NCBI GenBank assembly: GCA_964364285.1
Contig: CAYIKZ010000003.1
Location: 2,491-66,490, forward strand
Length of the DNA stretch: 64,000 nucleotides
DNA from: an uncultured Candidatus Saccharibacteria bacterium
GTDB taxonomy: Bacteria; Patescibacteriota; Doudnabacteria; UBA920; VMFF01
Direction of reading: 5' to 3'
In this document: positions 21,178-30,477 of the stretch, in pieces
Numbering within the stretch: the first letter of the stretch is position 1
How the letters are laid out: every line of letters starts with the position of its first letter
Program-made: the position numbers and the translations under genes
Notes under the pieces: generated by a model
Databases searched by the model: none
Told to the model about the DNA's origin: nothing
What the model saw: only the letters and a program-made list of their open reading frames with translations

Positions 21178-21629
21178 TGACAATAACTCTTTGTGGTAGT
21201 ATTGCTTTCATTGATCAAATGTATGAGCTAAAAGAAAAGCTTGAGTCTTTAGGGTTTGATGTTTTAATTCCTCCTGACAAAGTTCCAAACAAAGAAGGGG
21301 AGATAGTTGATGCAAAAGATTACTATGCTTCTAAAAAGAGGGCAATGTCTGAGAATAACCATGCTTGGGTTACAGAGGGTAATCTAGATAACAGAATCAG
21401 GGATCACTTTGATAAGGTGACTAAAGGGGACGCAATCCTTGTTGCTAACTATGATAAAAACGGAATTAAATGGTATGTAGGTCCAAATACATTAGTTGAA
21501 ATGGGAGTTGCTTTTTACTTAAATAAAAAGATCTATCTATTAAACCCAGTTCCAGATGTTCCGTACAAAGAAGAGATTCTAGGAATGAAACCAGAAATAA
21601 TGGAAAATGATTTGAGTAAGATAAAATAA
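21177..21629 (+). CDS. Nucleoside 2-deoxyribosyltransferase-like protein
   Basis: ITLCGS, DAILVAN, GPNTLVEMGVAFYLNKKIY (E-x-G-x-A motif); TAATG coupling. Confidence 0.65.
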   Translation: MTITLCGSIAFIDQMYELKEKLESLGFDVLIPPDKVPNKEGEIVDAKDYYASKKRAMSENNHAWVTEGNLDNRIRDHFDKVTKGDAILVANYDKNGIKWYVGPNTLVEMGVAFYLNKKIYLLNPVPDVPYKEEILGMKPEIMENDLSKIK

Positions 21630-21654
21630 AACCGCAGACACCTGCGGTTTTATT
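21625..21654. terminator. Bidirectional intrinsic terminator
   Basis: AATAAAACCGCAG-acac-CTGCGGTTTTATT between convergent genes. Confidence 0.85.
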
Positions 21655-21669
21655 ATCTTTAACCTTTAG

Positions 21670-22272
21670 TTATTGATTTGTTGTGCTTGTGCTAGGAGTT
21701 TTTGCAGAAGTATTTGTGTTGCATGCGGTTCTTGTTTTCTTTGCTGTATTTTCTGCAGTCTTGTTTGCAGCCTTAAATGTTGTTTCTGCTGCTTTAACAG
21801 CTGCTTTGAAATCTGCTTGAGCTTTTTTCATAGCAGTTTTCTTAGCTGCTTTTTCTACATCAGTTGTTTCAGGCATTTGTCTTACTGCTTGTAGTGCAGT
21901 TTCTCTTGCTGAGAAAGCGGTCTTAACAGTATTCATTCTTGCTTCTCTAGCATCTTTCTTTGCTTCTTCTTTAGTTTCTACTGTTCCTTTTATACAAGCT
22001 GTTTTTGTTTCCTCAATCTTTTTCTTTGCTTCGATTTTCTCTTTTCTTTCCTGTTCTTTCTTTTCCATCTCTGTTTTCTTTGCTTCTAACTTTAACTCTT
22101 GAGCTTTTTTCAAAGCTTCAAATTTTCTCTCTTGTTCGTTTTTTTTAATTTCCATCTGTTCAGCTTTTGAATTTGAAGATGAATCGTCATTCACGTCACT
22201 TGCATAGACTGGTGCTACTGTTAAAGCAAACATCACAGCTATGGAAGATCCTAATATTGCTAACTTACGCAT
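21670..22272 (-). CDS. Secreted K/A/E-rich coiled-coil protein
   Basis: Signal peptide ending VYA; low-complexity helical body; two Cys. Confidence 0.8.
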   Translation of the reverse strand: MRKLAILGSSIAVMFALTVAPVYASDVNDDSSSNSKAEQMEIKKNEQERKFEALKKAQELKLEAKKTEMEKKEQERKEKIEAKKKIEETKTACIKGTVETKEEAKKDAREARMNTVKTAFSARETALQAVRQMPETTDVEKAAKKTAMKKAQADFKAAVKAAETTFKAANKTAENTAKKTRTACNTNTSAKTPSTSTTNQ

Positions 22273-22344
22273 ATTTTTATGTTTCTTTGTATTAGTTAAT
22301 TAAACTAATATATAGTATACCATATTTTCTGATATACTGCTAAT

Positions 22345-22953
22345 ATGTTTTGGAAAATATCAAAATATTTAATATATTTAATAGCAATAGCAGGTGCTTT
22401 GTATATTGGAGCGCTCGTGTATGTATTAAGTTTTTCGATAAAGCCAAACATTCCAGAACATGCTGATGCTATCTTAATCCTCGGAGCAAAGGTTAATTTA
22501 GATAACAGTCCATCTGATCCATTGTATGAACGAACTAACGAAGCAGTAAAGCTTTATGCGCAAAACAAAGCTGACTACATCATTACAACCGGAGGGGTTG
22601 GTTTAGGTTCAGCTCCAGAAGCAAGCATCTCAGCATTGGTTGCTCAAGAAAAAGGGGTTCCTAAGGACAAGATACTAACAGACAAAAATTCTCACAACAC
22701 TTTTCAAAACGTTGATGAAGGAAAAAAGATTGCTAATGAATACAATATTAAATCAGTGATAGTTATAAGTGACAGATATCATGTTGCCAGAGGAGTCTTG
22801 TTTGCAAGACATCTTGGGTTTAATCCAGTGTATTGGGATTATCCAGACTTTGGATATTACAAAAAAGAACTTCTCATACAAAACTATGCAAGAGAAGCCT
22901 TAGCAATTCTTTTTTACTTACCTAAAATATATTTAACTAAAGCTTTGTATTAA
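22345..22953 (+). CDS. YdcF/ElyC (DUF218) family membrane protein
   Basis: N-terminal TM, DAILILG, TGG, SHNTFQN, SDRYHVAR, RE motifs. Confidence 0.88.
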   Translation: MFWKISKYLIYLIAIAGALYIGALVYVLSFSIKPNIPEHADAILILGAKVNLDNSPSDPLYERTNEAVKLYAQNKADYIITTGGVGLGSAPEASISALVAQEKGVPKDKILTDKNSHNTFQNVDEGKKIANEYNIKSVIVISDRYHVARGVLFARHLGFNPVYWDYPDFGYYKKELLIQNYAREALAILFYLPKIYLTKALY

Positions 22954-23854
22954 CAAAATTTGGATAACCACGAACAAAGTCTGAGACCGACGTTGGATTT
23001 TTTCCTTCAAGCTGTAATTCTAAGAGCTCCAAACTCCCGTTAGCACAACCAACAAATATTTTGTCTTCTTGTTTAAAAACTATTCCAGGTTCAGTGCCTT
23101 TAATCTCAGATGCAAGGCACTTTTTAATCTTTAAAATTTTACCGTCAAAAGAAGTCCAAACTCCCGGCCATTGAATGAATGCTCGGTATTTATTATAAAT
23201 ATCTTTAACATCAGTATTCCAATCAATTTTGCCGTCTTCTTTAGTTATTGTCTGACAAAAACTTGCTTCAGAGTGATTTTGCTCAGTTGGTTTTAATTTG
23301 CCTTCTAAGAAATCATTGATTGTTGGAACAATCATTTCCTTTGCAAGAGAGCAAAGTTTTTGTTCAAGCTCCTTAAAAGTGTCTTCAGGCTGTATCTTAA
23401 CTGATTCCATTTTTAAAATCGGTCCATGATCCATCTTTTCATCCATCAGCATTATTGTTATGCCAGTTTCAGTTTCTCCAGAAAGGATTGCTGATTGAAT
23501 AGGGGAAGCACCACGAAACTTTGGTAATAACGAGCCGTGAATATTAATTGAGGTAGCTAAATCTAAAATCCCTCTGGGGATTATATGTCCGTACGCAACA
23601 ACAATAAAAGCGTCTGCTTTAGGTAGTGCTTTTAATTCATTGAAAGCTGATGGTTCTCTTAAGTTCTCTGGTTTAAATATTGGAACGTTTAGAGATCTTG
23701 CTTCTTTTGAAACAACGCTTTCAGTTATTTCTTGTTTTCTTCCAACTGGTCTATCTGGTTGTGTTACAACCGCAAGAATCTCAAAACTTTCTTTGAGTGT
23801 TTTTAAAATCTCTTTTGAGAACTCTGATGTACCAAAAAAAACTATTTTTTTCAT
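22937..23854 (-). CDS. fmt: Methionyl-tRNA formyltransferase
   Basis: VVTQPDRPVGR, NIHGSLLPKFRGASPIQ, MDHGP. Confidence 0.97.
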   Translation of the reverse strand: MKKIVFFGTSEFSKEILKTLKESFEILAVVTQPDRPVGRKQEITESVVSKEARSLNVPIFKPENLREPSAFNELKALPKADAFIVVAYGHIIPRGILDLATSINIHGSLLPKFRGASPIQSAILSGETETGITIMLMDEKMDHGPILKMESVKIQPEDTFKELEQKLCSLAKEMIVPTINDFLEGKLKPTEQNHSEASFCQTITKEDGKIDWNTDVKDIYNKYRAFIQWPGVWTSFDGKILKIKKCLASEIKGTEPGIVFKQEDKIFVGCANGSLELLELQLEGKNPTSVSDFVRGYPNFVNTKL

Positions 23855-24391
23855 TTAATATCGTTTAACTAATTGTCTAAATATTTCAGCGTAGTATCTA
23901 CAGTTTTCTAAAGAGTCGCGTTCATTTTTTCTTTGCAGTTTAAAATATGAGCCAATGGTTTCAGCTGTTGGGATTTTCTTTAAATTCTGTTTTGAAAGAT
24001 ACATATATGCAAGAGTCCAAAGTTCAAGAACATGATAGTCATACTCGTACTCAATGCCTGCTCTTCTGAAAGATTCTCTTAAGAAATTAACGTTTATAAT
24101 ATTATGACTTGCTAATATTATATTGTAAGAAAACTTTTCTTTGAAAGCGTTTAAAACAACTTTAAGGTTTGGTGATTTAATTAAAACTTCTTTAGGAATA
24201 CCAAGTGCTTGAACAACCCTATCATTAGTCGTTTGTGAGAATGGATTCTTAACATAACTTGAAAAAGAACCTTTCTCAAGCAAGTTATCCTTATCAAGCA
24301 AAACCGCTGATATCTGTAGCGGAAAATCTTTCTCAACATTAATACCAGTTGTTTGCATATCTACTAATAGGATGTCTCTTGCAAACTTCAT
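23855..24391 (-). CDS. DEDDh exonuclease-fold protein, catalytic motifs degenerate
   Basis: LVDMQTTG, LQISAV, SHN motifs; canonical acidic/His residues substituted. Confidence 0.75.
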   Translation of the reverse strand: MKFARDILLVDMQTTGINVEKDFPLQISAVLLDKDNLLEKGSFSSYVKNPFSQTTNDRVVQALGIPKEVLIKSPNLKVVLNAFKEKFSYNIILASHNIINVNFLRESFRRAGIEYEYDYHVLELWTLAYMYLSKQNLKKIPTAETIGSYFKLQRKNERDSLENCRYYAEIFRQLVKRY

Positions 24392-24870
24392 TATTTTAAA
24401 AGCTCCTTGCCTTGAGTATATTTTTTAATTTTGTCGATTATCAAAACACCGTTAATATGATCGATTTCGTGTTGAATTACTTTAGCAAGCATGCCGTCTA
24501 CTTTCGCACCAAACTTGTTACCATCAATATCTTGAGCTACAAATTCAATTTCTTCTGGTCTAGAAACCATTCCAAAGACACCAGGGATTGAAAGACAACC
24601 TTCTTCCATTTCATTTTTCTTTTTTGAAGCTTTCAAAACTTCTGGATTAAGCAAAACAAAAGGTTTAAACCCCATGCTTTCTAAGTTAATGACAACCACA
24701 GCAAAGCTTTGGTTAACTTGTGGCGCGGCTAAACCAATTCCATCTTCATGTTTAACTGTATCAAGCATATCCCTAATTAACTTGCGGGCAGCAGGGGATA
24801 ACGGAAATTTTAATTTCTTGGTTTTAGTTCTTAGTATTTTGTGAGGATGTAGAATAATGGGTAGATTCAT
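24391..24870 (-). CDS. def: Peptide deformylase
   Basis: GIGLAAPQV, EGCLS, QHEIDH. Confidence 0.97.
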   Translation of the reverse strand: MNLPIILHPHKILRTKTKKLKFPLSPAARKLIRDMLDTVKHEDGIGLAAPQVNQSFAVVVINLESMGFKPFVLLNPEVLKASKKKNEMEEGCLSIPGVFGMVSRPEEIEFVAQDIDGNKFGAKVDGMLAKVIQHEIDHINGVLIIDKIKKYTQGKELLK

Positions 24871-25136
24871 TTAATTGGATCTGAATGTTCTTTCTTAACT
24901 AAAAAGGCAAAAAGAGCTCCTGGTTTTTTTGCATTGCCTTCCAACACCTCTCCTGCAATTCTTCTTAAAACGCTGTGGTTATATTTTTGAGCCATTCTAA
25001 GGTAGAAACCAAAACGTTTTGGCTCATTAAGCTTTTTAGAAAGCTCATCTGCTAAAACATGGTTTGGAGAGTGAAGGTATTGAGATTTTTTGGGAGCTTC
25101 GGAAAACTTCTTCTTTAACTCCTGATTTATTTCCAT
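24867..25136 (-). CDS. Small helical hypothetical protein
   Basis: 89 aa, AAGGA SD, ATGA-coupled to def. Confidence 0.75.
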   Translation of the reverse strand: MEINQELKKKFSEAPKKSQYLHSPNHVLADELSKKLNEPKRFGFYLRMAQKYNHSVLRRIAGEVLEGNAKKPGALFAFLVKKEHSDPIK

Positions 25137-25210
25137 AAATTTTCCTTTTGAATAGTATAGCGTAAATACTGGTTAATTTCCATATAAAATGATAAAATAC
25201 GGCAATAGAC

Positions 25211-26506
25211 ATGAATAAAATAAACGTTCTTGGAATACAAATAAATAACCAGAGCAAGGCAGTAATAATCAAGGAGCTAGAGCAAAGAATTCAATCAGGC
25301 TCTAAGACCTTTATTGTAACCCCGTATTCGGAGTTCATACATCGAACATTTTTAGATTATGATTTCAAACAACTTTTAAATAGCGCGGATTTTGCATTAC
25401 CTGATGGAGTAGCTATTCAATGGCTTTCATACCTTTTAAACATTCCATACTCTTTTAAAAACTTCTATCTTAAAATACTAGAAACATACTGGCAGGTCTT
25501 GTATTCTTGTCTTTCAATAATTTTCAATCCAAACAAACTAAAGAAGATTTTCCCAGAAAGGATTTCAGGAGTAGATTTTTTTTGGGACCTTGTTTCTTTG
25601 GCAGAAGAAAAAAACCTTTCCATCTATCTTCTTGGTAGTTATGGTAACACGCCTGATTTAGTAGCAAACAAAATTAAAGAAAAGTATCCTAGGGTTAAAA
25701 TCGCAGGATTTTCAAACAAGGGTCCTGGAAGCCAAGATATAATTTTTGAGATTAATAACTTAAAAGCTGACATGCTCTTCGTGGCATATGGTCCTGTTAA
25801 GCAAGAGGCTTGGATTAAAACACACCTTTCAGAACTTGATGTTAAGCTAGCTATTGGGCTTGGTGGTACTTTCGACTATATCTCTGGAAAAGTGCTCAGA
25901 GCGCCTCATTTTTTGCGTTCTGTGGGCTTAGAATGGCTATTCCGCCTCATTATGCAACCTAAACGCTTCAAAAGAATCTGGAATGGTACTGTTCGCTTAA
26001 TTATGGGTGCTTTTAGGTACAAGGTATTTATGTCTATGCCATACCGTCAAAATGTCGCCAGTGTTATACTAAACAAAGAAAATATGGTTTTTGTTGCTAA
26101 GCGAGGACGAGAAGCTGAAAAATATGGAAGCGTAATAGAAGACCATTGGCAGTTTCCACAAGGTGGTGTTGATAGTAAAGAAAATTTAGAAAAAGCAGTA
26201 TTACGGGAGGTCAGAGAAGAAACAAACATTACAGATCTTTCAGTTCTTGGTAAGTCTGAAAAAACGCACTCATACCTTTGGAATAGTACAATTAGAAAAC
26301 TTTGGTTTAATAGGTTAAAGTTTAAAGGTCAGGAACAAACCATCTTCTATCTTAAATATCACGGCAATGGTTCTGAGATTCAGCTAGATGATGAAGAGCT
26401 GACAGAATACAAATGGGTCAAACCATCAGAAGTTAAAACCGTTATTCACTCAGTTCGTTCTGGAATGACAGACATAGTCATTGAGGATTTAAATAAATAT
26501 ATATGA
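25211..26506 (+). CDS. WecG/TagA/CpsF glycosyltransferase fused to RppH-like NUDIX domain
   Basis: PDG, ERISGVD, KQE, GLGGTFD, RAP..GLEWLFRL; C-terminal YRQNV, WQFPQGG..REVREET, KGQEQ. Confidence 0.88.
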   Translation: MNKINVLGIQINNQSKAVIIKELEQRIQSGSKTFIVTPYSEFIHRTFLDYDFKQLLNSADFALPDGVAIQWLSYLLNIPYSFKNFYLKILETYWQVLYSCLSIIFNPNKLKKIFPERISGVDFFWDLVSLAEEKNLSIYLLGSYGNTPDLVANKIKEKYPRVKIAGFSNKGPGSQDIIFEINNLKADMLFVAYGPVKQEAWIKTHLSELDVKLAIGLGGTFDYISGKVLRAPHFLRSVGLEWLFRLIMQPKRFKRIWNGTVRLIMGAFRYKVFMSMPYRQNVASVILNKENMVFVAKRGREAEKYGSVIEDHWQFPQGGVDSKENLEKAVLREVREETNITDLSVLGKSEKTHSYLWNSTIRKLWFNRLKFKGQEQTIFYLKYHGNGSEIQLDDEELTEYKWVKPSEVKTVIHSVRSGMTDIVIEDLNKYI

Positions 26507-28032
26507 CAGAAAAAAAAGTAAGAACAAGATTTGCACCAAGCCCAACAGGATATTTGCATGTAGGTGGTTTAAGAACCGCGCTTTTTGCATACCTGTTTGC
26601 AAAACACAACAAAGGTGAATTTGTTTTAAGGATAGAAGACACTGATCAAGCTCGTTTCATAGAAGGAGCTATTGAAAAATTAATCAATGTCTTAAATGAT
26701 ATTGGTTTGAAATATGACGAAGGTCTTTTTGTAGAAGATGGAAAAATAGTTAGCAAAGGTGATCATGCTCCATACTTGCAATCTCAAAGAAAAGATTTAT
26801 ACAAAGAACATGCTAAAAAATTAGTTGTTCAAGGACATGCGTATTACTGTTTTTGTGATGAGAAAAGACTAGAAGAACTCCGTAAAGAACAGGAAGCATT
26901 AAAGCAACCAACTAGATATGACAGAAAATGTAGAAACCTATCAAAAGAAGAAGTAGGCGCAAACTTAGAAAAAAATGTTCCATACGTCGTTAGACAAGCA
27001 ATTCCTGTTGATGGACAAACTGTTGTTAAGGATTTAGTTTACAAAGATATTGTTTGGGAAAACAAATCTCTTGATGATCAAGTTTTAATGAAATCAGATG
27101 GTTTCCCAACATATCATCTTGCTGTGGTTGTTGATGACCACTTAATGGAAATTTCACACGTAATTCGTGGTGAAGAATGGATTCCTTCAACTCCAAAGCA
27201 CGCTTTGCTCTACAAAGCATTTGGTTGGGAATCACCAGAGTTTGCTCATTTGCCTTTGCTTTTGAACAAAGATCGCTCAAAGCTCTCAAAGCGACAGGGC
27301 GACGTTGCTGTTGAAGACTATCTTTCAAAAGGATATTTAAAACCAGCTTTGATTAATTTCATAGCATTACTTGGTTGGAATCCAAAAACAGACCAAGAAA
27401 TATTTACAATTGAAGAACTAATTAAACAATTTGATTTAGCAAAAGTGAATAAGTCAGGGTCAATCTTTGATATTGATAAATTGAACTGGTTGAATAACTT
27501 GTACATCAGAAAGATTCCAGTTCCTGAATTAGCAGTTTTGCTTTTACCGTATTTACAAGCAGCAGGACTTTTAACTGTAGATAGCAAAAACCTTGTTTCT
27601 AAAAACGGCAAACAAGTTCCAAAAGAGTTCTTAGAAGCAATCGCAAAAATAGAAAGTGAAAGATTAAATTCGCTGTCTGAGATAGGGGAGAGGGTAGGTT
27701 ACTTTTTTGAACAACCAAAATACTCTCCTGAAATATTGATCTGGAAAAAATCTGATCTAACTCAAACCAAAAACGCGCTGCAAAAAACTCTTGAGTTCAT
27801 ACAAACCCTTCCTGATAATGTATTTAAAGGTTCCGACTTAGAACCAAAGCTAAAAGAATTCATTACTTCTAGTGGTTTTGATAACGGATCAGTTCTTTGG
27901 CCACTTCGCGTTGCTCTTTCAGGGCTAGAAAAGTCACCAAGTCCTTTTGAGATTATCAACGTACTCTTCTTGGGTTACGGTAAGTTTGAAATATTACAAC
28001 GCTTAGAAGCAGCACTTAAAATGCTTGAGTAA
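26503..28032 (+). CDS. gltX: Glutamate--tRNA ligase
   Basis: RFAPSPTGYLHVGG, RIEDTD, HVIRGEEW, KLSKR. Confidence 0.97.
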   Translation: MTEKKVRTRFAPSPTGYLHVGGLRTALFAYLFAKHNKGEFVLRIEDTDQARFIEGAIEKLINVLNDIGLKYDEGLFVEDGKIVSKGDHAPYLQSQRKDLYKEHAKKLVVQGHAYYCFCDEKRLEELRKEQEALKQPTRYDRKCRNLSKEEVGANLEKNVPYVVRQAIPVDGQTVVKDLVYKDIVWENKSLDDQVLMKSDGFPTYHLAVVVDDHLMEISHVIRGEEWIPSTPKHALLYKAFGWESPEFAHLPLLLNKDRSKLSKRQGDVAVEDYLSKGYLKPALINFIALLGWNPKTDQEIFTIEELIKQFDLAKVNKSGSIFDIDKLNWLNNLYIRKIPVPELAVLLLPYLQAAGLLTVDSKNLVSKNGKQVPKEFLEAIAKIESERLNSLSEIGERVGYFFEQPKYSPEILIWKKSDLTQTKNALQKTLEFIQTLPDNVFKGSDLEPKLKEFITSSGFDNGSVLWPLRVALSGLEKSPSPFEIINVLFLGYGKFEILQRLEAALKMLE

Positions 28033-28073
28033 ACAACTCGTAAAAATGCTCTTTTTGTGGTATACTAAGAGAA

Positions 28074-29360
28074 ATGAGTTACTTACGAAACAAAAATAAA
28101 ATAACAATAGCGGTACTGATTTTAACCTTGGGACTTTACACAGTCCCTTTTTCTGCTTTTGGAGCAACTATTTCAGAGATTGAAGTTCAAAAACAATCAA
28201 AACAAGCACTGCTTGAGCAGTTAAATAAGCAGATGCAAGAATATCAAAACCAGATTGCTCAAAAAAGGAAGCAATCTGCTTCCTTGTCTAATGAAATTGC
28301 TTTGTATGACATGGAAATACGAGCAACACAGATTCGTATTCAAGCAACTAGAACAAATGTTGAAAACACGCAGTTGCAGATTCAACAAACCCAGATACAA
28401 ATAACAGAAAAAACAGATCAGATTGAACAAGGGAAAAAACTTCTAGCGGAATTGATTATCACCTTAAACGAATATGACAACACATCTAATCTCCAGCTTG
28501 GTCTAGGTGCAAGTAACTTTTCAGCATTCATGGATCAGGTTCAGTATGCTCAATCACTTCAAAGCAGAATTTTTGGTTTGATTCAGCAAATTAAAGAAAT
28601 ACGAGCTAAACTACAGAAAGATGAAGAAGAGCTACAAATTAACTTAAACAAGCTAAATGATTTAAATGATCAGCTTTCTTTAACTCAAAAAGCTTTAAAC
28701 AACCAGAAAAGCTCTAGAGTTGTTTTGCTCCAACAAACAAAAGGACAAGAAAGTAAGTATCAGAAGCTTTTAACAACAACCCAAGAAGAACAAGCTAAGA
28801 TAAATAAAGAGATCTATGATTTAGATCAACAGATGCGTGGTAAAACAGGCTTCAACGCATTAAAAGCTGTGCACGGCATTTTGGCGTACCCGATGGACGG
28901 TGTGTTAACTCAAAAATATGGTAACACTGGTTTTACAAAACTTGGTTATGATTTTCATAACGGTATAGATTTAGCAGCACCCGCAGGAACATCTATATAC
29001 GCTGCTGGTGATGGCGTTGTATATTCTACAGGAACGGGTAAAACCGCATACGGTAACTGGGTAACTATTAAGCACACCGCAGGAGGTAAGCTAACCAAGG
29101 ATATTATTACCCTCTATTCCCATATGACAAAGTTTATTGTAGTTGCTGGGCAGCAAGTAAAACAAGGGGATTTAATCGGGTACGAAGGTAATACAGGTAA
29201 CACAACCCGCCTGCTCTATGGACCTGAAAGGGGATACCACCTGCATTTTGGGGTATATGACGCAGAAGGTTTTGGTATCAAAAACGGCGCATATCCAAAT
29301 ATTTATGGTCCTTACAGAATTCCATATGGATATACATACAATCCAATGGATTTCTTGTAA
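28074..29360 (+). CDS. Secreted coiled-coil M23 peptidoglycan endopeptidase (EnvC/CwlO-like)
   Basis: Signal peptide, long coiled coil, HNGID and HLHF zinc motifs. Confidence 0.9.
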   Translation: MSYLRNKNKITIAVLILTLGLYTVPFSAFGATISEIEVQKQSKQALLEQLNKQMQEYQNQIAQKRKQSASLSNEIALYDMEIRATQIRIQATRTNVENTQLQIQQTQIQITEKTDQIEQGKKLLAELIITLNEYDNTSNLQLGLGASNFSAFMDQVQYAQSLQSRIFGLIQQIKEIRAKLQKDEEELQINLNKLNDLNDQLSLTQKALNNQKSSRVVLLQQTKGQESKYQKLLTTTQEEQAKINKEIYDLDQQMRGKTGFNALKAVHGILAYPMDGVLTQKYGNTGFTKLGYDFHNGIDLAAPAGTSIYAAGDGVVYSTGTGKTAYGNWVTIKHTAGGKLTKDIITLYSHMTKFIVVAGQQVKQGDLIGYEGNTGNTTRLLYGPERGYHLHFGVYDAEGFGIKNGAYPNIYGPYRIPYGYTYNPMDFL

Positions 29361-29403
29361 TCTTCTCTAATATTTGATATTTTAATAGTGTTAAACAATC
29401 CTG

Positions 29404-30477
29404 ATGAAAGAAAAAACAAAACTAAGACTCAAGACCATAATACTAGCGCTAGCAGTTTTAAGTAGCGCCCCTTTTATTGTGCCACAGTTTGCACACGCTG
29501 ATGTTAACTCGTTATTAAGAGGCCAAATCTGTGAACCTGATATGGAAGGAGTTGATTCTGGTTTCAATGTTGGTAGGTGTATAAACAACATATACATCTT
29601 TGCAATTAGCATTGCTGGGTTTTTAGCTGTTTTAATGTTTGTTTTAGCGGGATATCAATATATCACAGGGACATCTGAATCAATCAGCGAAGCGAAGAAA
29701 ATAATGGGGTCAACAGTACTTGGTCTTGTTATTCTTTTTAGCACGTACATCATCTTAAACACCGTAGATCCAAACTTAACAAAAGTCCCAGCACTTGTTG
29801 CGCCGCAGGTGAATTGTAATCAGGTGTCCACGACAACAGGTAAAACAGAAAACATCTGCGCAGATTTACCAGACCAATTTCCATTTCCCTTAGATGCCAA
29901 TGGAAATCCAGTGGGTATGGATGGAGGAAAGATTGTTAATTCAGGATCCACAATTCAGCCACCACCAAGCAATAATAACTTACCAGCAGGAAGCAAAACA
30001 ATCCAACCATGCACAAACTGTATAGATCTCTTAACTGGCTTAAATATTATTGTTAAACGAGTAACTGATCCGAATAGAGTTAAGCAATACTACTTAAACA
30101 AGAACCTAGCTCAGAAACTAGTCAATTTGAATTACTATTTCGCAAACGAAAGAGCAGCGAATAGTGGTTTTACACCTGCAACTAAACTAAATTGGCGTGT
30201 TACTGAAGCTTGGCCTCCAACAGTTGCTCATAAGTCTGATTGTCATTTTGATGGCACCTGCGCTGATATAGCTATTGATAACAGAGACAAGTATACAAAG
30301 GGAGAGCTAATCCAAGGTATAAAAATACTGTGTACATCTGCAAAAAAAGCAGGTCTAGATATTTTAAACGAGTATTTTGAGTTCACACCCAAAGAATTAG
30401 CAGGCGACACAGGATCAAATTGTGGTGTACCTACTAAAACTGATTACAGCACTGTAGGACATCTTCATGTTAAATAA
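29404..30477 (+). CDS. TrbC/VirB2-like pilin fused to Hedgehog/M15-like (LAS) Zn-peptidase domain
   Basis: Signal peptide, two-TM pilin segment (AGYQYI..EAKKI..VLGLVIL), C-terminal WRVTEAW..CHFDGTCADIA..GHLHV. Confidence 0.7.
   Translation: MKEKTKLRLKTIILALAVLSSAPFIVPQFAHADVNSLLRGQICEPDMEGVDSGFNVGRCINNIYIFAISIAGFLAVLMFVLAGYQYITGTSESISEAKKIMGSTVLGLVILFSTYIILNTVDPNLTKVPALVAPQVNCNQVSTTTGKTENICADLPDQFPFPLDANGNPVGMDGGKIVNSGSTIQPPPSNNNLPAGSKTIQPCTNCIDLLTGLNIIVKRVTDPNRVKQYYLNKNLAQKLVNLNYYFANERAANSGFTPATKLNWRVTEAWPPTVAHKSDCHFDGTCADIAIDNRDKYTKGELIQGIKILCTSAKKAGLDILNEYFEFTPKELAGDTGSNCGVPTKTDYSTVGHLHVK

Noticed and set aside
13541-21654. Integrative element inserted at tRNA-Gln
   Set aside because: No integrase, and I found no duplicated tRNA 3' end.
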